Virus record (IMG/VR): IMGVR_UViG_3300028772_000011 | Location: 1 to 64,000 of that record | Length of the DNA stretch: 64,000 nt | Strand: one strand, 5' to 3' | Origin: a virus | Part shown: positions 1-10,400 of the stretch, piece by piece | Layout of the letters: each line of letters begins with the position of its first letter | Position numbering within the stretch: position 1 is the first letter of the stretch | The notes under the pieces: model-generated | Database searches by the model: none | The model's input: the letters and a program-made list of their open reading frames with translations, nothing else | What the model was told of the DNA's origin: nothing | Translations under genes and position numbers: made by a program

Positions 1-1
1 A

Positions 2-469
2 TATGGGTCAGTAGGGCCAGACGGAGCAACAGGTATAGCTAATTCAACTTGTTTTTATACATATTATGAAACAAAGAACGAAAAAGACGCTAAAAAATGT
101 CGAAGATTAAATCCAGACGTTATTTTAACGCCAGACCAAGTACCTTTAAGTAAAATAGATTATTCGTTGCTTAACGACCCAACTAAAGTTTTAATTAGGC
201 AATTATTAGTTGCAGAAGCGAAACAAACAATAGGTAATATTTTTGGTAGATTTTCTGGTAATATGGGAGTTCCAGACGCAGCTGTTTCAATTGATTACAT
301 GATAATGCTTGAACAAGGTAAATCAGAAAAATTAATTGTAATCACAGAATTAACTGAAAGATTAACCAGAATGATGCCAAAGGCTCAAATGGAAACTATG
401 GCTGCAATCGCTGAATCAGCGTTGCAAATAAAAAGAACACAACCTATGTTAGGTTGGGTAATTGCATAA
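2..469 (+). CDS. Neck/head-completion protein (T4 gp13-like), 5'-truncated by the window edge
   Basis: The frame is open from position 2 (YGSVGPDG...) into ORF 167..469. The C-terminal AEAKQTIGNIFGRFSG...EQGKSEK resembles gp13-like neck proteins, and it lies next to the terminase. Confidence 0.55.
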   Translation, partial: YGSVGPDGATGIANSTCFYTYYETKNEKDAKKCRRLNPDVILTPDQVPLSKIDYSLLNDPTKVLIRQLLVAEAKQTIGNIFGRFSGNMGVPDAAVSIDYMIMLEQGKSEKLIVITELTERLTRMMPKAQMETMAAIAESALQIKRTQPMLGWVIA

Positions 470-483
470 TAATAAAAATATAA

Positions 484-2370
484 ATGATTTCAGATAAACA
501 AATAGTAGAAGAGTATCGGAAGTGTTGGCAGGATAAGTCTCGTATCTATATGATTGAGAATTATCTATCGACGTTTGATGCTACGCAAAATAACACAGTT
601 CCATTAAAATTATTTCCAAAACAACAAGAATATCTAATAAATCTAAGCGAAAACATAGAAAATATCTCAAATAAATATCGTCAGGCTGGTATTTCTACGG
701 TAACCTGTGCGAAATTTGCAGTTGAAATTGCGCTTGCCGATGATAAAATACCAGAAAATATTCTATTAATAGCAAATAACTTAGATTTATCCAAGGAAAA
801 TCTAATGAAAATCAAAGATTTTTTAGAACAAATACCTTGGTGGTTTTGGGGTGAAGAATATAAACCAACTGAACTCGGTGGTCCAAAAGATCCAAAAGCA
901 ATATTTAAAAAGGCAAATGAAAAATATTTAATATTAACTAAGGGGTCAAAGGTTTATGCCCGAAGTGCTGGACCAAATGCGAGTCGTGGGTGTTCGGCTA
1001 TTTCCAGAATTCTATTTGATGAAGCAAGTTTTATTGAAACACCTGGTACAATTACCAGTGCTATTAGTACTACTGCATCTTCCGCAAAAAGTGTAATTTA
1101 CTGTTCAACACCAAATGGATTCGATCAAATATTTTATAGTGTATATTCAAAAGCAATAAAAAAAGAAAATAACTTTAAGGTTACTGAATTTAGATGGTAT
1201 CAAGATCTTAGATATAATAAAAATTTATCTTGGTCAAAATACAATAAGGAAAATGGTAAAACTGATATAATCTTCGAACCAGTTTTAGATAGTAGCGGTA
1301 CGATTGAATATAATGAGGAACATTGGGAGTCAATGGTAAAGAAAGGCTACTCACCATCATCATCTTGGTACGCTGGTATGTGTAGCCGTTATAATAACGA
1401 CAAAAAGAAAATTTCTCAGGAACTTGATGTTTCGTTTTTAGGTTCAGGGGGTTCGGTTGTTGATTCAGAAATAACAGAATATCACAGAATAACAAATACT
1501 CGTGAACCACTTTATATAGATAATTTTTTTAAAGAAGCTTGGATTTTTAGAGAACCAATCGATGGGCATAGATATTTATTAACATCCGATGTTGCTACTG
1601 GATCTGGGGAAGACTCATCTGTTATACATATATTGGATGTTGATTATATTGATGAAAATGGTCACGCAAACATAGAACAGGTTTTCGAATATCAAGGTAA
1701 AATACAAGGCGATATACTTGGTGAATTAATTAATCAATATGGTATTTATTATGGAAATGCATTAGCAGTTGTTGATTGTATAGGCTCAAGTGGGGATGCT
1801 GCTATTTTGAAGTTACAAGAATTAAACTACCCAAATTTATATTACGATGATCCTAATTTGAAAAATGTAACAGTTGAAAATAATGGTAATAATTATAATG
1901 AGAGTGTAGATAAAAAAATGCCAGGGTTTAGAGCATCATCTGTACGTATGCAAATGCTAATGAATTTAGAAAAAATGCTTCGATTTAATGAAATAACTCC
2001 TCGATCTAAAAGGTTTACACAGGAATTAACAACATTTATTTGGAAAAACGGACGTCCAGACCATCAATCTGGTTACCATGATGATACCATTACATCGATG
2101 GCAATGGGTCTTTATATCCTCGAATTCTCGTTTAAAAAATTACAAGCGGCCAAGGAGAAGACGAAAGCTATATTAACATCAATGATATTAATTCAAAATA
2201 TTATGGCTAATAAAGTCGTGTTAGATTCAAAAACTAAAGCAAATAAAATACCACTACCATTTTATACTGGTAATACATTAAAAACGACGATTAATATTAA
2301 TTCAGCACAAAATGATCCAAATAAAATGATAAATATTATGGGAATGTCATTTTTTGGTCAGTTCAGATAA
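484..2370 (+). CDS. terL: Terminase large subunit (T4 gp17-like)
   Basis: LFPKQ adenine-binding motif, Walker A-like KYRQAGIST, Walker B ILFDEASF, coupling motif STPNG, nuclease motifs DVATGSGED and HDDTI; upstream of the portal. Confidence 0.95.
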   Translation: MISDKQIVEEYRKCWQDKSRIYMIENYLSTFDATQNNTVPLKLFPKQQEYLINLSENIENISNKYRQAGISTVTCAKFAVEIALADDKIPENILLIANNLDLSKENLMKIKDFLEQIPWWFWGEEYKPTELGGPKDPKAIFKKANEKYLILTKGSKVYARSAGPNASRGCSAISRILFDEASFIETPGTITSAISTTASSAKSVIYCSTPNGFDQIFYSVYSKAIKKENNFKVTEFRWYQDLRYNKNLSWSKYNKENGKTDIIFEPVLDSSGTIEYNEEHWESMVKKGYSPSSSWYAGMCSRYNNDKKKISQELDVSFLGSGGSVVDSEITEYHRITNTREPLYIDNFFKEAWIFREPIDGHRYLLTSDVATGSGEDSSVIHILDVDYIDENGHANIEQVFEYQGKIQGDILGELINQYGIYYGNALAVVDCIGSSGDAAILKLQELNYPNLYYDDPNLKNVTVENNGNNYNESVDKKMPGFRASSVRMQMLMNLEKMLRFNEITPRSKRFTQELTTFIWKNGRPDHQSGYHDDTITSMAMGLYILEFSFKKLQAAKEKTKAILTSMILIQNIMANKVVLDSKTKANKIPLPFYTGNTLKTTININSAQNDPNKMINIMGMSFFGQFR

Positions 2371-2400
2371 CTATTTAAAATGAAATAAATTAAACTATCA

Positions 2401-2408
2401 TATTTATA
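2401..2408 (+). promoter_or_regulatory. Putative late promoter TATTTATA upstream of portal
   Basis: Same orientation-specific motif recurs just upstream of many structural genes. Confidence 0.6.
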
Positions 2409-2422
2409 TAAATAAACATACA

Positions 2423-4543
2423 ATGGCAACTAAAACAACAATATTCCAAGATTTGAGTTCGGCACTTTTTACAGGTTTCGATAAAAACATTCAAACTCAA
2501 GTTAAGAAAATTAATTCTTATAATTTTCCAAATCAAGAACCACTCTATGTAGCAAAAGATCAAGTTGAATACGATCGAGTTAAAACCCAAATGAGTCAAG
2601 AAAAACTCCTGGCAGGTCAATGGCTAAAGGCAGGTACAAATATTGCTCAACAATCAACAATGGTAACATCAAATCTTAAATTGATGTATAGGGATTGTGA
2701 TTTAATGGATAACTATCCTGAGATTGGGGCCGCACTTGATTTAGTAGCTGAAGAATGTACTTGTTTAAATACTAAAGGTCAAATACTTAATATAACATCA
2801 AGTTCAAAGCGTATTAAAGGTATTTTAGAAGATTTATTTGTTAATAGATTAGATGGTCATATAAATATACCAATGTGGACACGTTCAATGGTTAAATATG
2901 GTAATTGTTTTGCAATGATGAATATTACAGCTGATAATGGAATTGTTGGTGCAAGACAGCTTCCAATTTATGAAGTAGAAAGGGTAGAAAATGGATATTC
3001 TTCTTCATTTATAAACCCCAGCGCAACCAATAAAGATGAAAGTACACAATTTGTATGGGCGGCTGCAAATGGTTCAATTCCTTTTCAAAATTGGCAAATA
3101 GCACACTTTAGGCTATTAACCGATTCAACTTTTATTCCATATGGTACGAGTTATCTAAATAAAGCACGTAGACATTGGAGAATTTTAACTATGATGGAAG
3201 ATCAAATGTTAATATACAGGCTTGAAAGGAGTATGGAACGTAGAGTTTTCAAGGTATTTGTTGGTGGTATTGACGATGCTGATGTTCCTGCATATTTGAA
3301 TGAAATAGCAAATACTATTAAAAGAATGCCGATTATTGACCCATTGACTGGTCAACTTGATTTAAGAAAAAACTTTCTTGATGTTTCACAGGATTTTGTA
3401 ATTCCAATTAGAACAGTAGGCGAGGCAAGTCCAATTGAAGTATTAGCAGGAGCATCAAACCTGGATAAAATTGAAGATTTAAAATATTTTCAAAATAAAT
3501 TAATGGTAGCTCTTCGCATACCAGGTGAGTTTTTAAATTATGAACAATCAGCAGGTAACGGCAAGAATCTTGCATTAAAAGATATTAGGTTTACTAGAAC
3601 CATTAATAGAATACAACAATCTATTATAATGGAATTAACAAAAATAGCTGTTATTCATTTATATTTAAACGGATTTAGGGATGATCTAAATAATTTTAAG
3701 ATTACCATGAATTCACCTTCAACTCAATCGGAGATTCTTAAATTAGAAGAGTTATCTAAAAAAGTTGCATTAGTAACTGACTCAGTAAGAGATGTTGGTA
3801 ATGGTATGCAAATTATGTCACTTACCAGAGCACAAAGGGAAATTATGGGTTGGTCCGATGAAGAAATTACTGATAATATGATGGAAATACGTATGGAACG
3901 AGCATTAGCATCTGAACTTACAAAAACCGACCAAATTATTAAACGTACTGGATTTTTTGATAAAATTGATAAATTATATGGAGATGCAAACGCTGAATAT
4001 GTTTCAGATGGTATGGGTGGAGAAGATGCTATGGGCGGAGGCGCTGGTGGAGGCGGAGGAATGAGTGGTGGAGATGATACCTTTGGCGGTGGAGAAGAAA
4101 TGAGTGATTCGGAAGCACCAGATATGAGCGGTGGAGATGGCGGTGGAATGCCACCTATTGGTGGAGATGCTCCAGCAGCAGAGGCGCCAGCACCAGAAGA
4201 AACCCCTGTAACAGACAAACCAATGGAATCATATAAACGTGATATTGATAAGTTATTAAACGAAGCGAAAACAAAACAATCACTAACTGAAATTCGACGC
4301 AAAAATGTTTATTTCGATGCATACGTTAAACACGTAAAAGAAAGTAGAAAGCCAGTCGAGGAGGAAGTTACGGTAACCCCTATATTTGATAGTGCATTTT
4401 TACTGAATGAAGACACGATGGAATTAGCAAACAAGCTTGAAAGTTATTTAATTAAAACAGCTGTAATTAACGAAGAAGCTGAAATCGTAATTGATGATAA
4501 GAAGTTACTAAAAGAAATCACTAAAAAGTCTCGTAAAAAATAA
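2423..4543 (+). CDS. Portal protein (T4 gp20-like) with Gly/acidic low-complexity C-terminal extension
   Basis: YPEIGAALD, HFRL...PYGTSYL, LIYRLERSMERRVFKVFVG, DFVIPIR, LALKDIRFTRTINRIQ motifs are typical of gp20-family portals. Confidence 0.93.
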   Translation: MATKTTIFQDLSSALFTGFDKNIQTQVKKINSYNFPNQEPLYVAKDQVEYDRVKTQMSQEKLLAGQWLKAGTNIAQQSTMVTSNLKLMYRDCDLMDNYPEIGAALDLVAEECTCLNTKGQILNITSSSKRIKGILEDLFVNRLDGHINIPMWTRSMVKYGNCFAMMNITADNGIVGARQLPIYEVERVENGYSSSFINPSATNKDESTQFVWAAANGSIPFQNWQIAHFRLLTDSTFIPYGTSYLNKARRHWRILTMMEDQMLIYRLERSMERRVFKVFVGGIDDADVPAYLNEIANTIKRMPIIDPLTGQLDLRKNFLDVSQDFVIPIRTVGEASPIEVLAGASNLDKIEDLKYFQNKLMVALRIPGEFLNYEQSAGNGKNLALKDIRFTRTINRIQQSIIMELTKIAVIHLYLNGFRDDLNNFKITMNSPSTQSEILKLEELSKKVALVTDSVRDVGNGMQIMSLTRAQREIMGWSDEEITDNMMEIRMERALASELTKTDQIIKRTGFFDKIDKLYGDANAEYVSDGMGGEDAMGGGAGGGGGMSGGDDTFGGGEEMSDSEAPDMSGGDGGGMPPIGGDAPAAEAPAPEETPVTDKPMESYKRDIDKLLNEAKTKQSLTEIRRKNVYFDAYVKHVKESRKPVEEEVTVTPIFDSAFLLNEDTMELANKLESYLIKTAVINEEAEIVIDDKKLLKEITKKSRKK

Positions 4544-4553
4544 GAATTTATAC

Positions 4554-4561
4554 TATTTATA
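4554..4561 (+). promoter_or_regulatory. Putative late promoter TATTTATA
   Basis: Motif 11 nt before the ATG at 4573. Confidence 0.55.
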
Positions 4562-4572
4562 ATAAAAATACG

Positions 4573-5355
4573 ATGGAACAAAATTTCGGATTAGCAAAAG
4601 CAATAATCTTTCAAAATTCTGAAAGCTTATTTAAGACAAATCAAGGTAAACGAATAATAAAAGAATATATGTCTATTATTAGAGATAGTAAAATTCTTTT
4701 AAAAGAAAATTCTGTTTATAATTATATTGAATCACAAATTTACTCTGAAACTACTAAAGACAAGGTTGTAGAGTCAATTGGTTATCTGAATAATATTAAT
4801 AAGAAGCAATTAAAAGAAGAACATAATAAAATATTTAACTTATTAAAGGAAAATAACATTGTAAAAATTTCAGATATAACTAATGAAAAACTTTATGAGG
4901 ATATTGATGATTTAATTTTCATGAAAAAATCGATTAAATTTATAAATGAAAAAGTTGATTTAGTTAATTCAGTTGTTGAAACAATTAAAAATAATAAGAT
5001 AGTAATAATTGAAGAGAAAGATATTGAAACAATACAGTTAGATGAGCAAGCAATAGCATATTTAGTTAATAATTTTAATGAGAAATACGCAGATGTTTTT
5101 AACGAAGAACAAAAGGCGCTGTTTGAAAGTATTTCTTCAACGAATGAATCAGATCAAATTGTAACATTTGAGAAAACTAAAAAAGAGTGTTTAGATATAA
5201 CAAATGAGTTTTTAAAGGAAGCTATTGATAATGAAACAAAAGCCAAGGTATTATCAGTAAAAGAGAAACTTTTAGAAGATAAATTTTCAAAACATACATT
5301 TATTGAAGATATGTTAAAATACATCACATTAAAAGAAGCATTAGGAGAAGAATAA
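4573..5355 (+). CDS. Hypothetical helical protein, probably head-associated
   Basis: Long ORF directly after the portal with a late motif upstream; Glu/Lys-rich. Confidence 0.6.
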   Translation: MEQNFGLAKAIIFQNSESLFKTNQGKRIIKEYMSIIRDSKILLKENSVYNYIESQIYSETTKDKVVESIGYLNNINKKQLKEEHNKIFNLLKENNIVKISDITNEKLYEDIDDLIFMKKSIKFINEKVDLVNSVVETIKNNKIVIIEEKDIETIQLDEQAIAYLVNNFNEKYADVFNEEQKALFESISSTNESDQIVTFEKTKKECLDITNEFLKEAIDNETKAKVLSVKEKLLEDKFSKHTFIEDMLKYITLKEALGEE

Positions 5356-5356
5356 T

Positions 5357-5899
5357 ATGAAAATTAAAATGAAAGAGAGCGAGTTAAAAGGACTTGTATT
5401 AGAAGCATTAAACAATGTGTTATTTCCAAAAAATGATAATGATAAAAAAACAGTTAATGAGGTTTTCGGACTATCTCAAAAAGAGAAAGATTTAAAACAA
5501 TTGAAAATCAAGATTCAACAAGCTTTTAATGAGATTAACGCTTTTAATTTTAAAAGCTTATTTTATCAACCAGGAAATGGAAACCAACAAGAATTAACTC
5601 AAAGAGGTTTAGAAATTAGGGTTAAACAAGCTGGTGATGATCTACCAACATTTAGAGAACTTATACCAGAACTTTTTGATAAACAAATAAGAGCGATTCG
5701 CGTAAAATGTGAAGTATCTGAATCCGAAATTATAGACGGGTTAATCCCAGATACCTTTGGATCTATATATGATAGTAATTATTTCATCATTAACGATACT
5801 GGTAAATATTATGCAAAATTAGAGCTACATAAAAAATTTCCAGATTTAGTTAAATATCACAATATGGAATTTATAATGGATAATAAATACTTAAATTAA
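5357..5899 (+). CDS. Hypothetical protein, putative internal head protein
   Basis: N-terminal MKIKMKESELKGLVLEAL leader resembles those of other putative head proteins here. Confidence 0.5.
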   Translation: MKIKMKESELKGLVLEALNNVLFPKNDNDKKTVNEVFGLSQKEKDLKQLKIKIQQAFNEINAFNFKSLFYQPGNGNQQELTQRGLEIRVKQAGDDLPTFRELIPELFDKQIRAIRVKCEVSESEIIDGLIPDTFGSIYDSNYFIINDTGKYYAKLELHKKFPDLVKYHNMEFIMDNKYLN

Positions 5900-5900
5900 A

Positions 5901-6257
5901 ATGCAGGAATTCTATATAAATAAAAATTCAACACTTCCACTTTTAAAAATGGAATTATTGTGTGATGGTAGGACAGACTTCAATAAGTTTTATCAAATGA
6001 TTCAGAATTCTATAATTACGTTTTCTATGGAAGATATTAACACTGGTGTCATTAAAGTTGCTAATGAACCAGCATTGGTATTACCAAAAGAAACTTCACA
6101 TAATGATGAGTATTTGGTTTGTTATAAATGGAGGCCAAGAGATACAAAGGTAAGTGGTAAATACATTGGTAAATTTAAAATAGAATTTGGTGAAGAATAC
6201 GGTGGAGGAACACTCATAGTTCCAATTCAAGAGCAATTAATAATTTACATTCAGTAA
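5901..6257 (+). CDS. Ig-like virion protein (BppU N-terminal-like)
   Basis: FYINKNSTLPLLKMEL...YKW...DT...GKYIGKFKIEF pattern resembles BppU_N-like beta-sandwiches. Confidence 0.5.
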   Translation: MQEFYINKNSTLPLLKMELLCDGRTDFNKFYQMIQNSIITFSMEDINTGVIKVANEPALVLPKETSHNDEYLVCYKWRPRDTKVSGKYIGKFKIEFGEEYGGGTLIVPIQEQLIIYIQ

Positions 6258-6264
6258 AATAAAT

Positions 6265-6294
6265 ACCCCATTATAATCTAAAATATAATGGGGT
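6265..6294. terminator. Bidirectional intrinsic terminator
   Basis: ACCCCATTATA-N8-TATAATGGGGT perfect stem between convergent genes, flanked by A/T tracts. Confidence 0.8.
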
Positions 6295-6303
6295 TTTTAT
6301 ATA

Positions 6304-6969
6304 TTATGCTTTTGTGAGATTATAAATAGCAGAATATTTTTCTTTGATAAACTCTTTTAATTTATCGAAAAAATCAGGAACAGGATCTGTATCGGATAAT
6401 GTATCCAGTAAATTTACCGCGTAACTAATAAAGGCATATTCAATCTTATCATCTAATAATATAGAAACTTCATTATCGATCTGTAAGAGTTTCATAAATT
6501 CATTTGGTTCTTTTGTTGAAGAACCAGTCTTTGGTGCGAATAATTTTTTAAAAACACTAACAGTATCTGCTGACACCCCTATAATATTTCCAACTACTGG
6601 TAACAAGCCAAGTCCAATTTTTAAAACATCCCCTCCAACCTCTTTTACCTTTGCTAATGCTTCTTCCTTATTTTTACTTTTTTGTAATATGTTTATAAAT
6701 GTTCTAAGTTCGCCAACACTTAACGTCCCATCATCAACAATAGAAGATCCATCTATTTGAATATTTTGTTGGTTACCAGTTATTGGTTGTGAAGTAGTAG
6801 TTTGTGTATTTGAAATGGGTTGTTGGGTAGCAGTTGATGTTGTAATTGATGAGTCAAATGTATCACTATTAAATGTATCGGTAAAGGTATCACTTTCATT
6901 TAATTTAATTTTAAAATCAGAGTTTAATTTACCAAACATTTCAAACATTTTAATTACATCTCTATTCAT
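6304..6969 (-). CDS. Hypothetical protein (putative head protein)
   Basis: Shares its N-terminal leader with 6979..7344; Thr/Gln-rich linker. Confidence 0.6.
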   Translation of the reverse strand: MNRDVIKMFEMFGKLNSDFKIKLNESDTFTDTFNSDTFDSSITTSTATQQPISNTQTTTSQPITGNQQNIQIDGSSIVDDGTLSVGELRTFINILQKSKNKEEALAKVKEVGGDVLKIGLGLLPVVGNIIGVSADTVSVFKKLFAPKTGSSTKEPNEFMKLLQIDNEVSILLDDKIEYAFISYAVNLLDTLSDTDPVPDFFDKLKEFIKEKYSAIYNLTKA

Positions 6970-6978
6970 ATCTAAATT

Positions 6979-7344
6979 TTATTTATATCCTAATTCAACC
7001 AAAGCTTGTTTTACAAAGGCCAAAACTCTACTTATAGAAACAACATTATTTTCTGGTGTATATCCAAGTGTTGAAAACCAATTTTTAAATGCACCTGAAA
7101 ATTCAGTAGATGTATTTATTTTAGTCCCAGCCTTTGTTACCTGAGTAGCCTTATTTTGTACGTTAGCTAAATATTTAACATCTGATGGTTGAGTCGCCTG
7201 GGTATTTTGCTCTGGTTTAGAATCAACTCCAAATGTAGCACTACTATTATCGTAGGTTGGGTTAAAAGTATCAAGTTCGTTTAAAGTAAAATCAGGGTTC
7301 AACATTTTCATGTTTTCAAATAATTTTTTAATATCGTTTTCCAT
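6979..7344 (-). CDS. Hypothetical protein (putative head protein)
   Basis: Late motif at 7369-7362; N-terminus paralogous to 6304..6969. Confidence 0.6.
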   Translation of the reverse strand: MENDIKKLFENMKMLNPDFTLNELDTFNPTYDNSSATFGVDSKPEQNTQATQPSDVKYLANVQNKATQVTKAGTKINTSTEFSGAFKNWFSTLGYTPENNVVSISRVLAFVKQALVELGYK

Positions 7345-7361
7345 TTTAGTGATGATTTTAT

Positions 7362-7369
7362 TATAAATA
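7362..7369 (-). promoter_or_regulatory. Putative late promoter TATTTATA
   Basis: Minus-strand motif 17 nt before the ATG at 7344. Confidence 0.55.
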
Positions 7370-7414
7370 GATTCAAAATTAAAAATAGTATATTTTTCAA
7401 CAATTTAATTCCAA

Positions 7415-7447
7415 ACTTGTTTTTCTTATATTTTATTGGTACATTTG
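7415..7447 (+). promoter_or_regulatory. Bacteroidota sigma-A-type (early) promoter for DNA polymerase
   Basis: ACTTG (-33), 20 nt spacer, TACATTTG (-7, TAnnTTTG). Confidence 0.75.
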
Positions 7448-7477
7448 CAAAAATCAAACGTAAACTTAAAGTAAAAA

Positions 7478-10400
7478 ATGCAAGAAATTTCAGAAGAACG
7501 TATTAATCAGTTCCTATCAGGCAGAGACCAAATGATGGGTATTATAGCAATGGAATGCGGATATCAAGACGAGCAAGTTTCGATCATATATAGGCATCCA
7601 ACAGCTGGTAAAAAACTTAAAAAGGTTGATTTCGAACCATTTGTGTGGGCAAAAATGGAAGGTGCAAGAAAATTATATATTGACCCTAAGACAGGTAAAC
7701 AAGATAAAATATTATTACAAAAAAAATTAACACAATTTGGAATTACGGTAAAGGGGTTAAATATTCACTCAGATGATGGTAATACAACCGAACGATTAGA
7801 AAATGGTTATCGAATATTGTTTGAGGCAAAAAATAAAATGTCTTTCAATAAGTTTCTTCAATTTTTCAAATATGGTGGATGTGATGTCTATGGACAGGAT
7901 AAATTATTTTTAGCAGTCCTTCCTGTAGAACAATATATGATGAAATCTGGAAAACGTATGTTTAAAGGTTTCGAAGATTACGACCAATTATTACGTCTGG
8001 AATTTGATTTAGAAACAACTGGATTAGATCCAACCACAGATTCGATTGAACAAATCGGTCTACGTTCAAATCACGGGTTTGAACAAATAATAAGTATTAC
8101 AGGTTATACCGAGGAAGAAAAAAGAGATACTGAACTTAGAGCTTTAGACCAATTCTTTCAAATAGTTCATAAATTAAAACCAGATGTTATAACAGGGCAT
8201 AATTCAGAGAATTTCGACTGGAATTTTATTATAGTTCGCTGTCAAATGTTAGGTACAGACATCGCCGAAATGAGTGATAAATATTTTGAGATACCAATTT
8301 ATAAGAAAAAGAGAAAAACAGCTTTAAAACTTGGTGGTGAGGTAGAATATTTTAACCAAACTATGATCTGGGGCCACAATACAACAGATTCAATTCACGC
8401 TGTTCGTAGGGCACAAGCTATTGATTCCAATATGAAAAAAGCTTCATTAAAATATGTAAGCGAATACTCAAAACTTAAAAAACCTAATAGAGTTTATGTT
8501 CCTGGGGACAAAATATCAACCATATGGAATGACACAGACAACGACTACGCATTTAATGATTCAAATGGTGATTGGTATTTAGTTGATGATTTAAATGCCT
8601 TAAAAGACGGCTATGTGATTGTGGACGGTCGTTATATCGTCGAACGTTACCTATTGGATGATTTATATGAAACCGACAAAGTAGAATTAAGATATAACCA
8701 AGCAAATTTTTTATTATGTAAAAACCTACCAACCACATTTACTAAGGTTTGTACAATGGGTACGGCTGGTACTTGGAAATTGGTTATGATGGCTTGGTCT
8801 TATGAAAATAATTTAGCTATTCCAGATTTTGCACCAGCTGGTAAATTTACTGGTGGGTTAAGTAGATTATTTAAAGTTGGTTTTGTTGAAAGTGTTGCTA
8901 AATTAGATGAAAATTCTTTATACCCAGCAATAACTTTAACTTGGGATATTAAACCATCATTAGATATAACTAACGTAATGATGTCTTTTTTAGGTTATTT
9001 TTTAGATAAACGTGAAATTTCTAAAGGACTCAAAAATGAGGCAAGTAATAAAATAGATGAACTAAAAGAAAAAATAGAATCAATCCAACCAGAAAGTGAT
9101 GAATATTCTGAAATAAAAAAAGAAATATATCAATGGGAAAGCGTCTATAATTTAAATGATAAGAAACAAATTGTCCAAAAAGTGTTTTGTAACAGCTTTT
9201 TTGGGAGTTTTGGAGCTCCAAATTTATTCCCTTGGGGTGATTTGCTATGTGCCGAGAAGATAACTTGCATTGGAAGACAGTCGTTACGATTAATGACTAA
9301 ATGGTTTGGTGATAGGGGTTACGAAGCAATTGTAATGGATACAGATGGTATAAATTTTTCACTACCTAAACATTATGATTTTTCAACTAAAGGTAAAAAT
9401 CAAAGAACATATATTGGTAAGGGTTTAAATAGAAATACAGTAGAAGGTGAAGTTTATTACGGAGTTGATGCGGATGTTGCAGAATTTGCAGATCTATTTC
9501 TCCGTGGAAAAATGGGTCTTGAGTCGGAGGACTTTTGTATTTCAACACTAAATTTCAGTCGTAAAAATTATGCAGACCAATTCAGCAACGGAAAAATCAA
9601 ATTAGTCGGTAATAGTATTAAATCAAAACGAATGCCATTATATATTGAAAAATTTTTAGATATTGGTATTAAACAATTACTCAATAATAATGGCAAAGAA
9701 TTTTTAACAGGTTATTATGATTATATTGATAGAATTTATAATTATAATATTCCTCTAATAGAAATTGCATCCAAAGGTCGAATTAAGAAATCAATCAAAG
9801 ATTATATAATAAATTGTAAGGGGGTTAATAAGAAAGGTACGCCAAATTCACGTCAAGCTTGGTATGAATTATGTATAAAGCATGATATTACTCCTGAAAT
9901 GGGTGAAATAATTTATTATATTAACATAGGTACTAAAAAAAATGATGGGGATGTAAAAAGAGAAAAGATATATAAAATTGGTGATGATGGAAAGTTTGAA
10001 ATGCAAGATTCAAAAGATAAAAATGGAGAATTATTATTAACACCAAAAGGAAAACAAAAAAGGGAAAAAATAGTTATTGGTGAAGAAATAAAATTAAATT
10101 GTATTATGATTCCTTCTTCGTTAATTGAAAGTGGGGCTAGTTTTACTGATTTAATTGGAACAGAATTTGAAGGTGTTGATTATAACGTGGTAAAATATTT
10201 GGACCAATTTAACAATAGAATTAACCCTTTATTAGTCTGCTTTCACCCAGATATAAGAAATAATATATTATCTGTTAATCCAAAAACTCGTCAATATTTT
10301 ACAGAAAAAGAAAGTAAATTAACATCTGGGATGCCAAATAAACCAGAAGACCAAGACACATATGAACAACTTATGAAAATGGAGGACAAAGAAATTAAAT

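Noticed and set aside
3724-4302. 192-aa Pro/Ser-rich minus-strand ORF and GC-rich patch
   Set aside because: Antisense shadow of the portal's Gly/acidic tail (GGN/GAN codons).
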